DNA of 64,000 nt from NCBI GenBank assembly GCA_054600435.1, contig BAAIJX010000070.1, positions 1 to 64,000 of the forward strand, in the 5' to 3' direction. The DNA comes from Neophaeotheca triangularis (Eukaryota). The position numbers and the translations under genes are program-made. Positions 13,337-26,421 of the stretch are shown here, one piece after another (positions within the stretch are counted from its first letter, which is position 1; each line of letters begins with the position of its first letter). The notes beneath the pieces were generated by a model that ran no database searches, was not told the origin of the DNA, and saw only the letters and a program-made list of their open reading frames with translations.

Positions 13337-15061
13337 CTACTTCTTCTCCGCCATCACAGCCAAAATAGCGTCGGTAGCATCGCTGACTTTGATGCCCATG
13401 GTCTTGGCCATAAAGTCCACCAATTCGGTGTTGTCGTGACCGCCAGCCAACTCCAACGTCAAAGCCTTGCCCTGCTTGCCATGAGCGTATCCAAGCACGT
13501 CGCAGTCAACAGCGGTGTGCTCACTAGAGCCCCAAACGATTCCAGCTTTATCGTTGAGCATGCCAACCATCTCGTCCAAGATGTCATCGGCGTCCATGGC
13601 CATGAGCGCATCGACCTCTGTGCTGTTCACGTCGCGGAGGCCGTACATAGGTAGCAAAGTATTAGCGAGGTAAGAGCGGTGGTCGGTGCCATTGTAGGTC
13701 TCCCACAATTCTTCGATGAGCTCAATGGTTGCGGTGGAATACTGAAGGACGGTTGGGTCGTAGCCATCGAGGACCAAGCCGCCGGTCTCGTGGTCAGCGG
13801 CAGCCATCATGACAGTGTCTGGGTGGCTGTCGATGTGGTTCTTGATGAACTCGACGATGTCCTCGTATTCGATGGTGTCGTGGAGAGAAGCAACCGGGTC
13901 GTTTGCGTGGGAGCCGTGGTCGATACGGGAAGCCTCGACCATGAGAAAGTAACCCTGTTCGGAGTTTTGGGTGGCTCGCTCGAGAGAAGTGATCGCGGCC
14001 TCCGTCATTGCCTGCAGGGAAGGTTGCTCCTCGTGGTGTTGTTGGCGATCGATGTCGTACATGAAATGAGAATCTGAGATTTTATGTCAGTATGTAATGT
14101 GTAACAAGATCGCCCCACTGAGTACTCGTAGCCTTGTCAACTCACCATCGCTGAAAAGGCCAATATAAGGCAACTCGACATCACGTCCGCCGTTCGTGGC
14201 GTCAAAAGCGGCCTTATCCTCCATGACGGTCCAGCCATTCGACCTGGCGTAGTCGAAGAGATCGATGTCGTCTTCTCTGCAGCCGTCGGGGTGGGTGTCG
14301 GGCCTGAAGTAGCAGCGACCGCCACCAAGCATGATATCAACGACCGAGCCCAATGGGTGAGAGTATCCGATTTGCTGGGCAGCAATGTCATCGTAATTGT
14401 TGCGACTTTCGCTGTGGGCGGAGAATGCTATCGACGCAATCGTCAGAAAACAAGCCATGACAACGGTTGCTCAATCGATGCAGCTTACCTGCCGGAGTAG
14501 CGTGGTTGATGATAGAAGTCACAGCAAGCCCAGTTTTGTAGCCAGCCAAATGCGCGGCCTCGAGGACGTTTCCCGCGATGTTGCCGTCGGGCGTGATGCC
14601 GAGCACTGTGCGAAATCGAAGTCAGTAAATTGTTTCTCCATCAATTCAACGTCAAAGTTGCCCGTTACTTACTGCTGTTGTTCGTCTTGAACCCAGTAGC
14701 AAAAGCAGTGCCAGCGGCAGCACTATCAGTGACGATGTTGTTTGCAGAGTGTGTTCTCACTCTTCCGACAGACTGCAAGACATATCAGCACCCGTTGTTG
14801 GGCGGGGATGTGACAGCTTTTACTTACTAGCTCGTCCACTGCATTGGGGTAGATGGTCGGGGAGTCGAGGCTGTTGCCCTCACGGATTAGCGACAGGTAG
14901 TCGCGAGCGAGAGCATGGTGAGCGGGACCATTGCCATCGGGGACGATGAAGATGAAATTCTTCGCCTCTTGATGGTGAGGCTTCCCATGACGCTGAGGAA
15001 GAGCAAAAGAGCCAGTGGCAAGCAAACTGCCGACAAGGGCGGAGAGGATAGTTGGAAGCAT
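13337..15061 (-). CDS. Secreted alkaline phosphatase (PhoA/Pho8 family), multi-exon
   Basis: Signal peptide. Motifs NFIFIVPDG.GP, catalytic Ser motif VTDSAAAGTAFATG (~14695-14735), HATPA, MLGGGR, MVEASRIDHGSHAND, AADHETGG, HTAVD. Confidence 0.93.
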
Positions 15062-15689
15062 GGTTACGATACTGTGACTGATGCTGCTGCTGAGGGCAGA
15101 TGATGGAAGTTCTCCTACCTGCAAAGCTAAGCCATATACTTATATCTTTCCAGGCAAGTCTGCACGAATCCCTCCGAAGCAGCAACTCCAGCAGCTCGAT
15201 GCTACGTCGACGTACAGAACGACCACGTTGTAGCATCGATACAAGTTTCCCGGGCATTGTATGCAGGTGTATGCAGGTCCTTTGCTCCCAAGAAAAATCA
15301 ATAGGCTCGCATTGGATGGCGGCCAGTTTTGAAAGCTCCAAGAGACCAACAGATTGCTGCGTAAACCCCACATGGCCTTGGATGAGGAGAAGCATCCCAT
15401 CATCAGGCTACCTGAATGCAGAGAGACGTTGGCACTTCTCGGCGTTCTCTTGGTGTCCTTATCAACTCCGTTATAGCCGCATGTGGGTAGCATGAAGAAA
15501 GCATACCCAAGGTAGGTAGGAGAAGATACGTATGCAAGGTGAAAGCGAAGTCAGAAGATCGTCATGAACGGCGGCTGGAGGTTGCATTGCACCTGCCAGG
15601 CTCGCCGTGATACTTCAAATTCCGCACTTCCGTCTTGGCAAAGTTAAGATGAATTAAGGTCTATATACATGATATTTATACTACCTCAT

Positions 15690-16370
15690 ATTGCTTAATT
15701 AACCCCCAGAATCAATACAATCTTGTAGGCATTGTGTTATGCTGTTAATCAACCTATTAATCCAATCTTGAGGTACTTAGGCCTATACTTCTTATACTAA
15801 CTCATCTATAGTCTCTAAATCCTAATGAGGTCTATTTCTAACATATCCCTTTAGATATGACTAAACATCCTTAATAGGAATAAGATCTGGACTCCTAGGG
15901 CAGTTAAAATAGTATTTGTAAAGCCCCTATAAGTCTCTTATTATGCCTAGGCTCTGTTTGTACTTCTTAACTAGTTCTGAATTCAGCTTGTTGCTATGGC
16001 CAGAATCACTATCTTCTTCTAATATCTATTTAATAGGCTCCTTGTACCATTTAGTAATAACTAGCTTTAGTATCTCCTCAATATATATAGCCTAACTCAT
16101 CTTACTATTATTGTTACTAGGAACCTTATATTTAATAAGTTTTAGTAGCTTAAAGTTGTATCTAATAGCACCCTAGTAGTAGAGTCTTTTTGGGTCTATT
16201 TGCTTGTCCCTCCCCTCCCTTCGTTGAATACAATTAGGGTGCCCTCTTATCTAGTTACTATAGGCTCGAATAATGCGTAGTTTGCCTTCTGGACCCTACC
16301 CAAAGTGTACCTCATCTGAGAAGCGGATATGTCTCCAATCTTCTGGTTTTGGATACCTTGCCAACATGGT
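15690..16370 (-). mobile_element. Tc1/mariner-type DDE transposase relic, RIP-damaged
   Basis: Minus-strand translation DWRHIRFSDEVHFG*...IFEEDSDSGH...NCPRSPDLIPIKDV*..., matching the Tc1 FSDE / D / SPDLNPIE catalytic blocks. Many TAG/TAA stops and TpA-rich composition. Confidence 0.85.
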
Positions 16371-16921
16371 TTGATGCCCAGGTGTGAAGAGTTGAGAGGC
16401 GCAGAAATTGCTCAGAAAAGGCGAGCATCTTGAGTCTTCACCTATGGTCTTGTTACTTACACAAAATCGACATTTCGAAAAGCTGACCCTGTATTGCATG
16501 CCATTCAGAGGTTTCATGAGAGTATGTAGTAGAGGGCATACAGGTAGTCGTGGACTTTCTGGCCGGACTGCTGTTCTCTAGCGTGAAGCGAGGGTCAGAG
16601 TTGGTGTTGGGTATTTGATCAAGAAGCTTCGAATGCGTAGAACACGGCTGCTGTGCAAAGAAAAGACGACATGCATATCAATCTTGAGGCTCTTGCCGAG
16701 TCGAAGCAAGTTCACCCAAGAGAGCGTCTGGGCTTAAGTCCTTCGCAAGAATAATCTCAAGCTTGCCGTATTAGAAAACAGGAATGGCGTATCATACAAT
16801 AATCTTACAATCCCATGGTATACGCTAATCAATCATCACCTCAAAAACCTAGACGCCGCTCGCCTGCTTACCATGCAAGACCAAATTCTACTAGGACACC
16901 GTCACCACACCACCTCCACAC

Positions 16922-19309
16922 TTAAACGTCCCCCTGAGCCGGACTAGCAAGAATCTCCAAATGCTCCCCGCCCTCCGCAACCGCCACGGTAGCAGTCTCG
17001 CCACTCCGAATCTTACCCCTGATGATCATATCCGCCAACCCATTACCCACCTCCTTGGAGATCAGACGATTGAGCGGCCGCGCGCCATATTTGGGATCAT
17101 ATCCCTTGTCGCTCAACCAAGCCCTCACATCCTCGCCGGCATTGAGCGTGATGCGCCTGTCTTCCAGACGCCCTTGCAATTCTCGCAACCGGATATCCAC
17201 GATATCTCGTAGAGCCTCGCGGGACAAGCGGCGAAAGACGATGAACTCATCGATACGATTGAGGAACTCGGGCGGGTATGAGGCCTGGACAACATCGAGG
17301 ACGGATTGTTTGACGGCCTTTGAGATGTCGGCGCCCTCGGACGAGGTATCAGCGACGAGGGCTTCGGCGCCGAGGTTGGAAGTCAGCACGATCATCGTGT
17401 TGCGGAAATCGATCTTGTGGCCTTGGGCATCTGTCAGGAAGCCCTCGTCTAGCACTTGCAGCAGAAGGGTGGAGATGTCGCGGTGGGCTTTTTCGAACTC
17501 GTCGAAGAGTAGTACGGCGTAGGGTTTGCGGCGGACGGCTTCGGTCAATTGGCCTGCGTCTTCGTAGCCGACGTAGCCGGCGGGCGAGCCGATGAGACGT
17601 GAAACGGTGTGTTTTTCTTGGAATTCTGACATGTCGAAGCGGAGCACGGCGGACTCGGTGCTGAAGAGGAAGTTTGCCATTTTCTTGCAGAGCTCGGTCT
17701 TACCCACGCCGGTGGGTCCGAGGAACATGAAGGAGGCTAGGGGGCGGTTCTCGCCGGACAGGCCTGCGCGCTGCATGCGAACGGCGTTGGAGACGGCTGT
17801 CAGGGCTTCGTCTTGGCCTTTGACAGTTTGCCGGAGGGATTCTTCCATGCGGACTAGCTTTTCCACTTCCCCTGCCATTAGCTTGGTGACGGGGATGCCG
17901 GTGCTTTTGGCTACGACGCCGGCAATGTCGTCCGCTGTGACGGAGTCGTGGAGTAGAGTGCCCGGTGCGTTGCTTGTCTTGGGTGCGTCAGCCTCTCCGC
18001 CCTCTTCGGCGGGTAGCTTGCGTTGGAGCTCGGGGATCCTGGCATATCGCAGCTCACTTGCACGAGCAAAGTTGCCTTCCCTCTGCGCTTGCTCCAGCTC
18101 CGTACGTGCCGTCTCAAGCTCTGACTTGGTGTTTTTGATGGTATCAATCTCTTGTCGTTCTTGCTCCCACTTCCCAGTCAATGCGCCAACCTCGTCTTTC
18201 TTCAAGGTTAACGTCTTGTCAAGCTGCTCTCTGCGTTCCTTGCTAGCAATATCCGTCTCTTTACGGAGCGACTCCAGCTCTATCTGAATAGTCATGATCT
18301 GCCTGTCGAGCTCTTGGATTGCGTCTGGTTTGCTTTCTTGCTGCAGCCTCAAAGCACTCGCTGCCTCGTCCACCAAATCAATGGCTTTGTCTGGTAGGAA
18401 GCGATCCGTGATGTACCGGTTGCTGTAAGTCGCAGCAGCCACCAGCGCCCCGTCGGTTATTCGAACTCCGTGATGGACCTCATAACGGTCTTTGATGCCT
18501 CGTAGGATGGAGATGGTATCCTGCACTGTCGGCTCGCCAACCAAGATTGGTTGAAAACGTCGCGCCAGCGCAACGTCCTTTTCAATCTGCCGGTATTCGT
18601 TCAGGGTTGTGGCACCGCAGCACTGCAGCTCTCCTCGCGACAAAGCTGGCTTCAGCAGGTTGCTTGCGTCGATACTGCCTTCTGCCTTGCCCAGACCCAG
18701 CAATGTGTGCAATTCATCCACGAACAAAATCACGCCTCCCTGCGCCTCTTCTACCTCCTTTAACACTTTCTTCAAGCGCTCCTCAAAATCACCCCTAAAT
18801 TTGGCCCCCGCTATCAAACTCCCCAAGTCCAGGGTAACCACCCTCTTCTCTTTGATACTCTCAGGCACATCTCCCTTCACGATACGCTGCGCCAGACCCT
18901 CCAAGATAGCCGTCTTCCCAGTCCCTGCGGACCCAATCAATACGGGGTTGTTCTTCGTCCGCCTCGACAAGATCTGGATCGTTCGATGAATCTCTGAGTC
19001 TCTGCCAATCACTGGATCGAGCTTGCCATCTTTTGCTCTGGCAGTCAGATCGATGCCGTACTCCTCAAGCGCCGCCTTTTCGGGCTCGCCCCCTAGGTTC
19101 ATACGGTGTGTGCCGCCCGGGGGATGAGGCCGGCCAGATGCATAGCCTCGGTGTTGCAAGATGAGGTCACTCGAAGCGGGAGAAACGTTTGCGGGTGAAC
19201 AGCTTGGTCGACTCAGAGGTATCGCGATAAGTCGACGAGCTTGTCTTGGGAGTGGGTAACGAACGGTGGCAATGCGCCTCGCCGCGCTACGTCCAGTGAT
19301 AGAGAGCAT
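16922..19309 (-). CDS. HSP78: Mitochondrial ClpB/Hsp104-family disaggregase Hsp78
   Basis: Arg-rich presequence, no ClpB N-domain, two AAA+ modules ([16 protein letters not shown]), [19 protein letters not shown], coiled-coil M-domain. 795 aa, intronless. Confidence 0.96.
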   Translation of the reverse strand: MLSITGRSAARRIATVRYPLPRQARRLIAIPLSRPSCSPANVSPASSDLILQHRGYASGRPHPPGGTHRMNLGGEPEKAALEEYGIDLTARAKDGKLDPVIGRDSEIHRTIQILSRRTKNNPVLIGSAGTGKTAILEGLAQRIVKGDVPESIKEKRVVTLDLGSLIAGAKFRGDFEERLKKVLKEVEEAQGGVILFVDELHTLLGLGKAEGSIDASNLLKPALSRGELQCCGATTLNEYRQIEKDVALARRFQPILVGEPTVQDTISILRGIKDRYEVHHGVRITDGALVAAATYSNRYITDRFLPDKAIDLVDEAASALRLQQESKPDAIQELDRQIMTIQIELESLRKETDIASKERREQLDKTLTLKKDEVGALTGKWEQERQEIDTIKNTKSELETARTELEQAQREGNFARASELRYARIPELQRKLPAEEGGEADAPKTSNAPGTLLHDSVTADDIAGVVAKSTGIPVTKLMAGEVEKLVRMEESLRQTVKGQDEALTAVSNAVRMQRAGLSGENRPLASFMFLGPTGVGKTELCKKMANFLFSTESAVLRFDMSEFQEKHTVSRLIGSPAGYVGYEDAGQLTEAVRRKPYAVLLFDEFEKAHRDISTLLLQVLDEGFLTDAQGHKIDFRNTMIVLTSNLGAEALVADTSSEGADISKAVKQSVLDVVQASYPPEFLNRIDEFIVFRRLSREALRDIVDIRLRELQGRLEDRRITLNAGEDVRAWLSDKGYDPKYGARPLNRLISKEVGNGLADMIIRGKIRSGETATVAVAEGGEHLEILASPAQGDV

Positions 19310-19400
19310 TGCGGTGGCTGTTATCGTAAATGTTTCGATACGGGTTACCGATCCATGGCGAGGTTCAGTAGGTATATATGACTGGCGTCGTTGCCATCGT

Positions 19401-19492
19401 CGAAGTTACGAGAACATGTAGCGGCCGAAGATTGTAGATGCAGATGTAGATGCAGATTTAGATTGAGATAAGATAAGATAAATTTCTGGAAT
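19401..19492. promoter_or_regulatory. Candidate heat-shock elements in the divergent HSP78/EFB1 promoter
   Basis: GAAgtTACgaGAA (~19402-19414) and TTCtgGAA (19484-19491) upstream of HSP78. Imperfect matches only. Confidence 0.3.
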
Positions 19493-19680
19493 GAGGTGTT
19501 GAAGCTAGCGCGGGCGCTTTGGACACGGGCCTCACAAATTCTACGGTCTCCGTTTTCTCGACAAGCAACACCACCTCTCAAACATCTTCTGTCTCCCTCC
19601 TCCAACTCATATACCCCACCAATAAAACAACACAACCCGCAAATACTCTTACACACACTTTCTCTCACTACATCAAAACC

Positions 19681-20700
19681 ATGGGTTTCACCGACTTCGT
19701 CTCCGAGCAGGGTCTCGCTCGTAAGTCTCAACTGCCTCCCTCCACCGGCGCACGTCGAATCTAACACCTTTCGCAGTGCTTGACCACTGGGCAAAGACCC
19801 ACAGCTACATCGTTGGGTAAGTCGCATACATTCTACCGCATTCCGTCCGCCAGCGCATTTTTCCCGCCCCTTTACAATGATGAGAATAATTTGGTCCGTG
19901 TTGAAGAGGCGGCTTAAGACCCCGCCGAATGACTACTTCCAATGCTTTATAGCACCTCTGATCACCCACTGCGCATTCCACGCATAAACTCGTTATACCT
20001 GGCGAGATCGTTCGCTGACAAGTGCAAAAGCTACGGCCCTTCCCAAGCCGACGTCAAGTCTTTCGAGGCCTGCCCCAACGAGCCCGCTCCCGAGAAGTTC
20101 CCCCACGCCTACCGCTGGTACAAGCACATCGCCTCCTTCAAGCCTGAGTTCTCCTCCCTGCCCGGCGACCCCAGCAAAGCCTTCACCGCCTACGGCCCCG
20201 AAGTCAGCGAGCTGCCCACCAACCCCAAGGCACCCGAGAAGAAGGAGGAGGACGACGATGATGTCGACCTTTTCGGCTCCGACTCTGAGGAGGAGGACGA
20301 GGAGGCCAAGAAGGTTAGGGAGTCCAGGCTGAAGGAGTACGCCGAGAAGAAGGCCGGCAAGGCGAAGCCTGCTGCCAAGTCCATCGTCACTATGGACATC
20401 AAGCCATGGGGTACGTGTTACATCGCTCTTTACGTACGGAAATAACGAACATTCACTGATAATTCTGCAGACGACGAGACGGACATGAAGGCTCTCGAGG
20501 AGGGTGTCCGCGGTATCTCGTGGGATGGTCTCGTCTGGGGTGCCTCCAAGCTCGTGCCCGTTGGTTTCGGTATCAAGAAGCTGCAGATCAACTTGGTCGT
20601 CGAGGACGAGAAGGTCTCTCTCGAAGAGCTCGAGGAGGAAATCCAGGGTCTCGAGGACTACGTGCAGTCCACCGACGTTGCCGCTATGCAAAAGTTGTAG
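19681..20700 (+). CDS. EFB1: Translation elongation factor 1-beta
   Basis: [12 protein letters not shown] start, YGPSQAD, acidic [48 protein letters not shown]. Three introns. Confidence 0.96.
19877..19961 (+). ncRNA. snR18: Intronic box C/D snoRNA, U18/snR18 orthologue
   Basis: Box C ATGATGA (19877-19883). Guide TTGGTCCGTGTT (19891-19902) complementary to the conserved LSU rRNA stretch AACACGGACCAA. Internal GC stem and box D CTGA (19958-19961). Lies in EFB1 intron 2, the known host of yeast snR18. Confidence 0.85.
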
Positions 20701-21111
20701 AGAGCTCATTTCACGCGACTGGATGAGGATGAGAGCATGAATTACGGTTCATCTTGAGCAAAAAAGTGTTGCTGTGCATGGGCTTTTTATGGCGTGACGT
20801 GTGATGATGAGAATTAGATCGCGATACCTGTAAGCAAGCAGTATTCGAGGATCTGTTTCTCAAATGTAATCGATTCCATTTCCCATTGTTACTTGTATTG
20901 TTTCATGTGTTCTTGACGTTTGTTCGTCTGTCCATTCCCCGCGCTGCATGCCTACATGGATGCACACCTCACTGCGCCAAGCCTTACCACTTCAGACTTC
21001 CATACTACCTACCTAGGTAGCAACCACTACAAGGCAAGACACATCACACCGGCGCCGGCAACGACATTATCCGAAAGCACCGAGCGCATTGCAATCGAGA
21101 CATACACCGCA

Positions 21112-21550
21112 ATGGCGCTCCTCGCCAGCACCCTAAACATCCTCGGCGCCCTCTTCCTTTCCCACGCGTAAGACCGCCGCAACCCCACCCCTCCAACCAA
21201 ACCCAAACTAACACCCAAACCCTTGCAGCATCTACTCCTCCTACGAACACTCCCTCCTACAGACCACCACCACCGAGCCCTCGCCCCTCCCCCTCGACAT
21301 CCTCCTCGAAACCCTCCTCAGCACCCTCCTCCTCTGCACGGGCATCGTGCTCTCCTCCCAACCGCTGAAACCTCTACAAATGCATCTTTGGGCTGGGAGA
21401 CTGGAGAAGAGGAAGGATGCCCGAGTCGTGAGTAAGTTTGGTGACGTGGGAGGCAATCCGTATGCGGGGTTGGAGGAGAGGGTGGGGTTTTTGGATGTTA
21501 GGGGCAGGAGGAGGGAGTTTGGGGATTGGGTTAGGGAAGGAGGGAAGTGA
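21112..21550 (+). CDS. EMC5: ER membrane complex subunit 5 / membrane magnesium transporter family
   Basis: GALFLSHA|IYSSYEH...LPLDILLETLLS...LKPL...LEERVGFLDVR. One intron ~21168-21228. Confidence 0.85.
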
Positions 21551-21979
21551 GAGGAGAGGATGGGAGACAAAATTTGGGAGGTGTGAGTCGTGGGAATTGG
21601 GTGGGTTGCGCGTGTGATGGAGTGCGCGGGAGCGCGCTGGCTGAGGGGTATAGGGAAAATCGGATGGAGGTCTTACGCGAGCACGGCTGACTATTGGGTG
21701 TGCCTTGAAGGCAGACTCGTGATGCTAAGAGTGTTGTAAAGTAGGAGATGTGCCTATACTACTGCTGTTTGTGCGGATACCTTGTCAACCTCAGGAGTGC
21801 GCAAGTACGTATTACCGTTTCGAGAAGCCGCGCGCCTTCCACATCTCAAAATGCAACGGCGATTGCTGGTTTAGGGTCGCGCCTGCCTGGAGTGGATCGC
21901 CGTTTATCTGAACGTCAAACTATTCTAGCATTTCAACTCTACATTCCCACTACCGTACTCACTCGTAGCTCCGTCCACG

Positions 21980-24900
21980 ATGCCACCATCGTCGTCCCAT
22001 ATCCCGCAAAAGCGCCATTACGGCCAGGTCGCGGCATCTTCACGCAGCAACACCCCAAGAGAGTCGACCGCTGGCCCGAGTGGCTCTCAGTACAGCAATA
22101 ACAGGCATGCGATGTCTCAACGTTCCATCGCTACCTCGCAGAGGTCAACACCCGCTCTCACCCCGGGTGCCGTCTTCGGACGTCCTCCCGGCCCGGAAGA
22201 AGCACGCCTCACACAACGCGCGGCATCTGTGGCTTCCAGCGGTTCTTTCAATGGCGATGCCAGACCGGAAGCAAGAAGATCGGGTCGTCTGGTCGAGGAG
22301 GAAGACCAAGACATGCTGAGCGAGGTAATCATGGCGGTTGATGTTGCCAAACGTGGTACCGTGGGCTGTGCGTACTATGTAGCTCGGGAGGAGAAGCTGT
22401 ATTTCATGGAGGATGTGCAGCATGGCGGTGCTGATGTTGTGGATCAGCGTGAGTCTGTGGCGAGATCACTCTCTGGCATAGCTACTTGGCTAACACTTTA
22501 CTAGTCAAGCTCATGATAGACCCCACCGTCGTACTCGTTTCCACCAAATGCGGCGACGAAGTCATCAACCGCCTGGATCCAGAATTGCGCAACCCAAGAG
22601 CTTCGGTCGATGGCCGTGACACTGATCAGACACGTCTTCCTTACCTTCTCGAGTGTCGTCCCAGCCCGGAATTCGGCTACGATTCTGCTCGCAACAAGCT
22701 CGTCAACCTGCGAATCGGCCAGCAAGGCGGCACTCGCGTGACGTTCGTGGTTCCCGGGGACATCGTCAGCCACGAAGATGGACTGGTCAATGAAGATGCG
22801 GGCTTCTCCGGACGTCAGGGGCAGCTGCTCAAACTAAACGGCTGGATCAATATAGAGAGCAAAGCCACCGTCGGTTGCGCCGGGGCGGTGCTATCCTACT
22901 TACAGCGTAGGCGAGCTACGGCATATCTGCCCGGTGACAGTGCCGCCTCTGTGATGTTCCGTGTGGCTGTTTTGGAGATGTTCAGCCTCAAGGGTACCAT
23001 GTTCGTCAACACTGATACGCTGCTATCGCTCCAGATTACCACTACCGAGTGTCATCCAGGAGCACAGTACCAAGGCCCAGCGAGCAAAGGCGGGTCTGGA
23101 GGGTCGAAAGAAGGTCTGTCCGTCTACGGTCTCTTCCAACATTTCGCGAAGACACCACAAGGGCGCCACCTACTCCGTAAATACTTCCTCCGTCCAAGCC
23201 TGAATCTCGATGCGATCAACGAGCGACTCGACACTATCCAGACCCTGCTTCGACCCGACAATTCCACCGTGCTCGATCAACTGATGGAGAGTCTCGGCAA
23301 GGTCAAGAACATGAAGCTAGTCATGTTGAATCTACGCAAAGGCATCAGCAGCGGCCCCAACCGCAACCGCGGCATAGGCTCCTTCATATGGCCAGGAATC
23401 CGCCAATTCGTCTTCTACGCACTCCGAATCGTCGACCTCATGCAAGAATTGCAAGGCGGCAACCGTCTGAGCATCAGCAACAAGATAATCGAGTCATTCG
23501 ACCGCCAGCGCTTAGCCCTAATCGGAACTCTCATCAGCGAGATCGTGGACTTCGATGCCTCCCAAGAGCAGCGCCGCACAGTCGTCGTGGCGGGCGTAGA
23601 TGCCGAGCTGGACGAAGCCAAGCGCACCTACGACGGCATCGAGGATCTTCTCTCGCAAGTAGCAGAGCACATTGCGGGCGTGGTACCCGCCGAGCTCGAC
23701 TCCAAGGTCAACGTCATCTTCTTCCCGCAAATCGGCTTCCTCATTTCCATCCGCCTGGAGCCCGACACCGGTCGCGGCGTCTTTGAAGGTACGGCGCAAG
23801 ACCCATGGGAGAAGATGTTCGCCACGGAAACCGCGGCATACTACAAGAACAGCAACATGCAGGAGATGGACAACTTCTTTGGCGACATATATGGACAGAT
23901 TTGCGACAAGGAGATCGAGATCGTTCACATGCTCGGCGAGCGGATTCTTGAGCACGAGGACCTTTTGACTGTTACTTCGGATATCTGTGGTGAGCTCGAT
24001 TGTCTCATGGCTTTGGCACTTGGCGCGAATCATCATCGACTTGTCCGCCCTAATGTTGACGATGGGAATGCGATCATGATCAAGGACGGTAGACATCCTC
24101 TACAGGAGCTCACGGTCCCGTCATATGTAGCCAATGACACTTACCTCGTGGGCGGCCCCGGTAGCGAAGAAGAGAGAACTCCACGACCCCGACCTCCCGT
24201 CACTAACAACAGCAACCCAAGCACCCTCCTAATGACCGGCCCGAATTACTCCGGCAAAAGCGTCTACCTCAAACAAGTCGCCATTATTGTCTACATGGCA
24301 CACGTAGGCAGCTTCATTCCCGCCTCAGCCGCCACCATCGGCCTGACCGACAAACTCCTGACCCGCATCTCAACCCGCGAAAGCATCTCCCGCATCCAGA
24401 GCGCCTTCATGATAGACCTGCAACAAGTAGCCGTAGCGCTCAACCTCGCGACCCGCCGCAGCCTCCTCATCATCGACGAGTTCGGCAAAGGTACCGAGTC
24501 CCATAACGGCGCAGGGCTGGCAGCGGGAGTTTTCGAACATCTCCTCAGCCGCGGCGCGAACAACCCGAAAGTCCTAGCAGCGACACACTTCCACGAGATC
24601 TTTGAAGCGGGCTTCCTGGAACCGCGACCGGCTCTGGGGTTCGCTCACATGGAAGTGAAAGTGGATACCGAGGCGGAGAGGGTGGACGAGCAGATTACAT
24701 ACCTGTACAACTATCGGCCCGGTCGCAGCGTTTCGAGTTTCGGCACATGTTGTGCGGCCATGAATGGAGTTGCGGAGCCGGTAATTCAACGAGCGGAGGA
24801 GTTGATTCTGCTGGCGGCGAGGGGCGAGGATTTAGTTGAGGCTTGTGCCGCTTTGCCTGAGGGAGAGATGGCTGAATTGGAGGATGCGGTGAGTTTCAAA

Positions 24901-25067
24901 TGTGGTCGTCGTGCACGATTGGCGGGGGTTACCGTACTGACAACGGTGTGCAGGAGCGCATCGCTCGTGATTTTTTGATTGCTGAGCTTGATGAGGACGA
25001 AGAGGACCCGCGGAATTTGCTGGGCGGTTTGTTGACCCTCGCGTCTTCCACCGACACCGCTTCTTGA
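21980..25067 (+). CDS. MSH5: Meiotic MutS homologue Msh5
   Basis: [27 protein letters not shown], Walker [41 protein letters not shown]. Introns ~22449-22504 and ~24889-24953. Confidence 0.93.
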
Positions 25068-25201
25068 GCTATTCAGTCCCCGCAGGGTTGGCTGGAGATG
25101 CGGAAAGAAGCTCAATATTCTCCGGGCCAGAGTGCCAAGTTGCTGAAACCCCACAGAGCGCACGTAAATGTAGCTTGTGGTCCTATGTAGCCTCAGCATC
25201 T

Positions 25202-26421
25202 TCAACCCGCATACTCCCAAACAAGCGCACTCTCCCCACCCTCTCCACGCAGCTTCATCAAAGTATATGCCTCACCTTCAAACGAGCGAGCAGTAAGAGC
25301 AAACCACCCATCACCCGAAGCCTTCAGACAAGCTAGCAAAATCTTCGTCACAAAACTCGAAGGTATCAGACCCCGCCACCGCAGCGTCGTGAGATTGTGA
25401 ACGCTCTGGCTGGGACTGCCGTCATCGTTCGTAACAAATGTCGGCGTGGTATACCGGCAAAGAAAAGGATCGATATCATCGCCATGCTGAACTCTAGACG
25501 AGCGCAGAGCTACCAAGCTCAGCCACTCCAGCAGCTCGACGGGGGCGTCTTCTTCATCCTCGACGAAGGAGTTGGGGAAGGTTGGGACGATTACGTTGTC
25601 GAAGACTGCTGTCTCTGGCTCCACGATACGGATGAGTGGCTGGAACGTGGCAAGTGGCCCGGTACCGTCGGTACTGTTTGCGAGATTGCAGAAAAGCCAG
25701 GTGATGGAGTGATTGAGCACGTGCTCGAAGGCCCAGAGGACGCGATCGAAGCCTTTTTTACCCCGGACCATATTTGGGGAGCGAAGGTCGAGGTCGATGG
25801 CTTTTGTCAATTAGCAGTGGGTGCTGAAGGAGGGAAACGGGGCCTTTGGTTACCGAATCGGGATTTGTGATGTTTTCGCCCCTCGCTTGAAATGGCTTCT
25901 CCTTGCAAACCCAGACGCTCGTAGGTAGGCTTGCTGACTTCGAGTCTGAGCGTACCATCTACTAACTTAAAAGTCTCGTCGACGCCTGGGCGCCCTTCGG
26001 AGACGAGGAGTATGTTGCCTTGTAGGCATCGTTAGTGGGTGGAGAAACGGCGGGTAGCTTTTTGTTCAGTGAAAAGTACCAGTCTTGATGTAGTCGTTGA
26101 AGAAATCGCCGGAGACAATATCGCTCAATTTCATATGCACGCGAGCATAGTTGAGGGTGCCTTTGCCTTCTGCCAGTGAGGTTTGGAGTGCTCTTGCTTG
26201 TGGCTCTAGGAGAATTACGTCGAGCTATTGGCAATTAGCTGACATTTCAATATTGAGCGTAATAACTTTGGTCTAACCGAATGGCTACCGTTCTGACGAA
26301 GAATTGTCGAAAAAGGCTTCTTCGTAGTCGGAGGCTGCTGGTGATCAATGTAAGTGGGCAGTCTGTGCTGTGAAAAGTAGCACTTTGGGCTTAGCCCTTC
26401 TTTTGCTGCGAAGTCAAGCAT
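25202..26421 (-). CDS. RPP40: RNase P/MRP subunit p40-like protein
   Basis: Multi-exon, starting MLDFAAKEG. Motifs YERLGLQG, IDLDLRSPNMVRGKKGFDRVLWAF, ELLEWLSLV, DDIDPFLCRY, LRWRGLIP. Confidence 0.8.
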
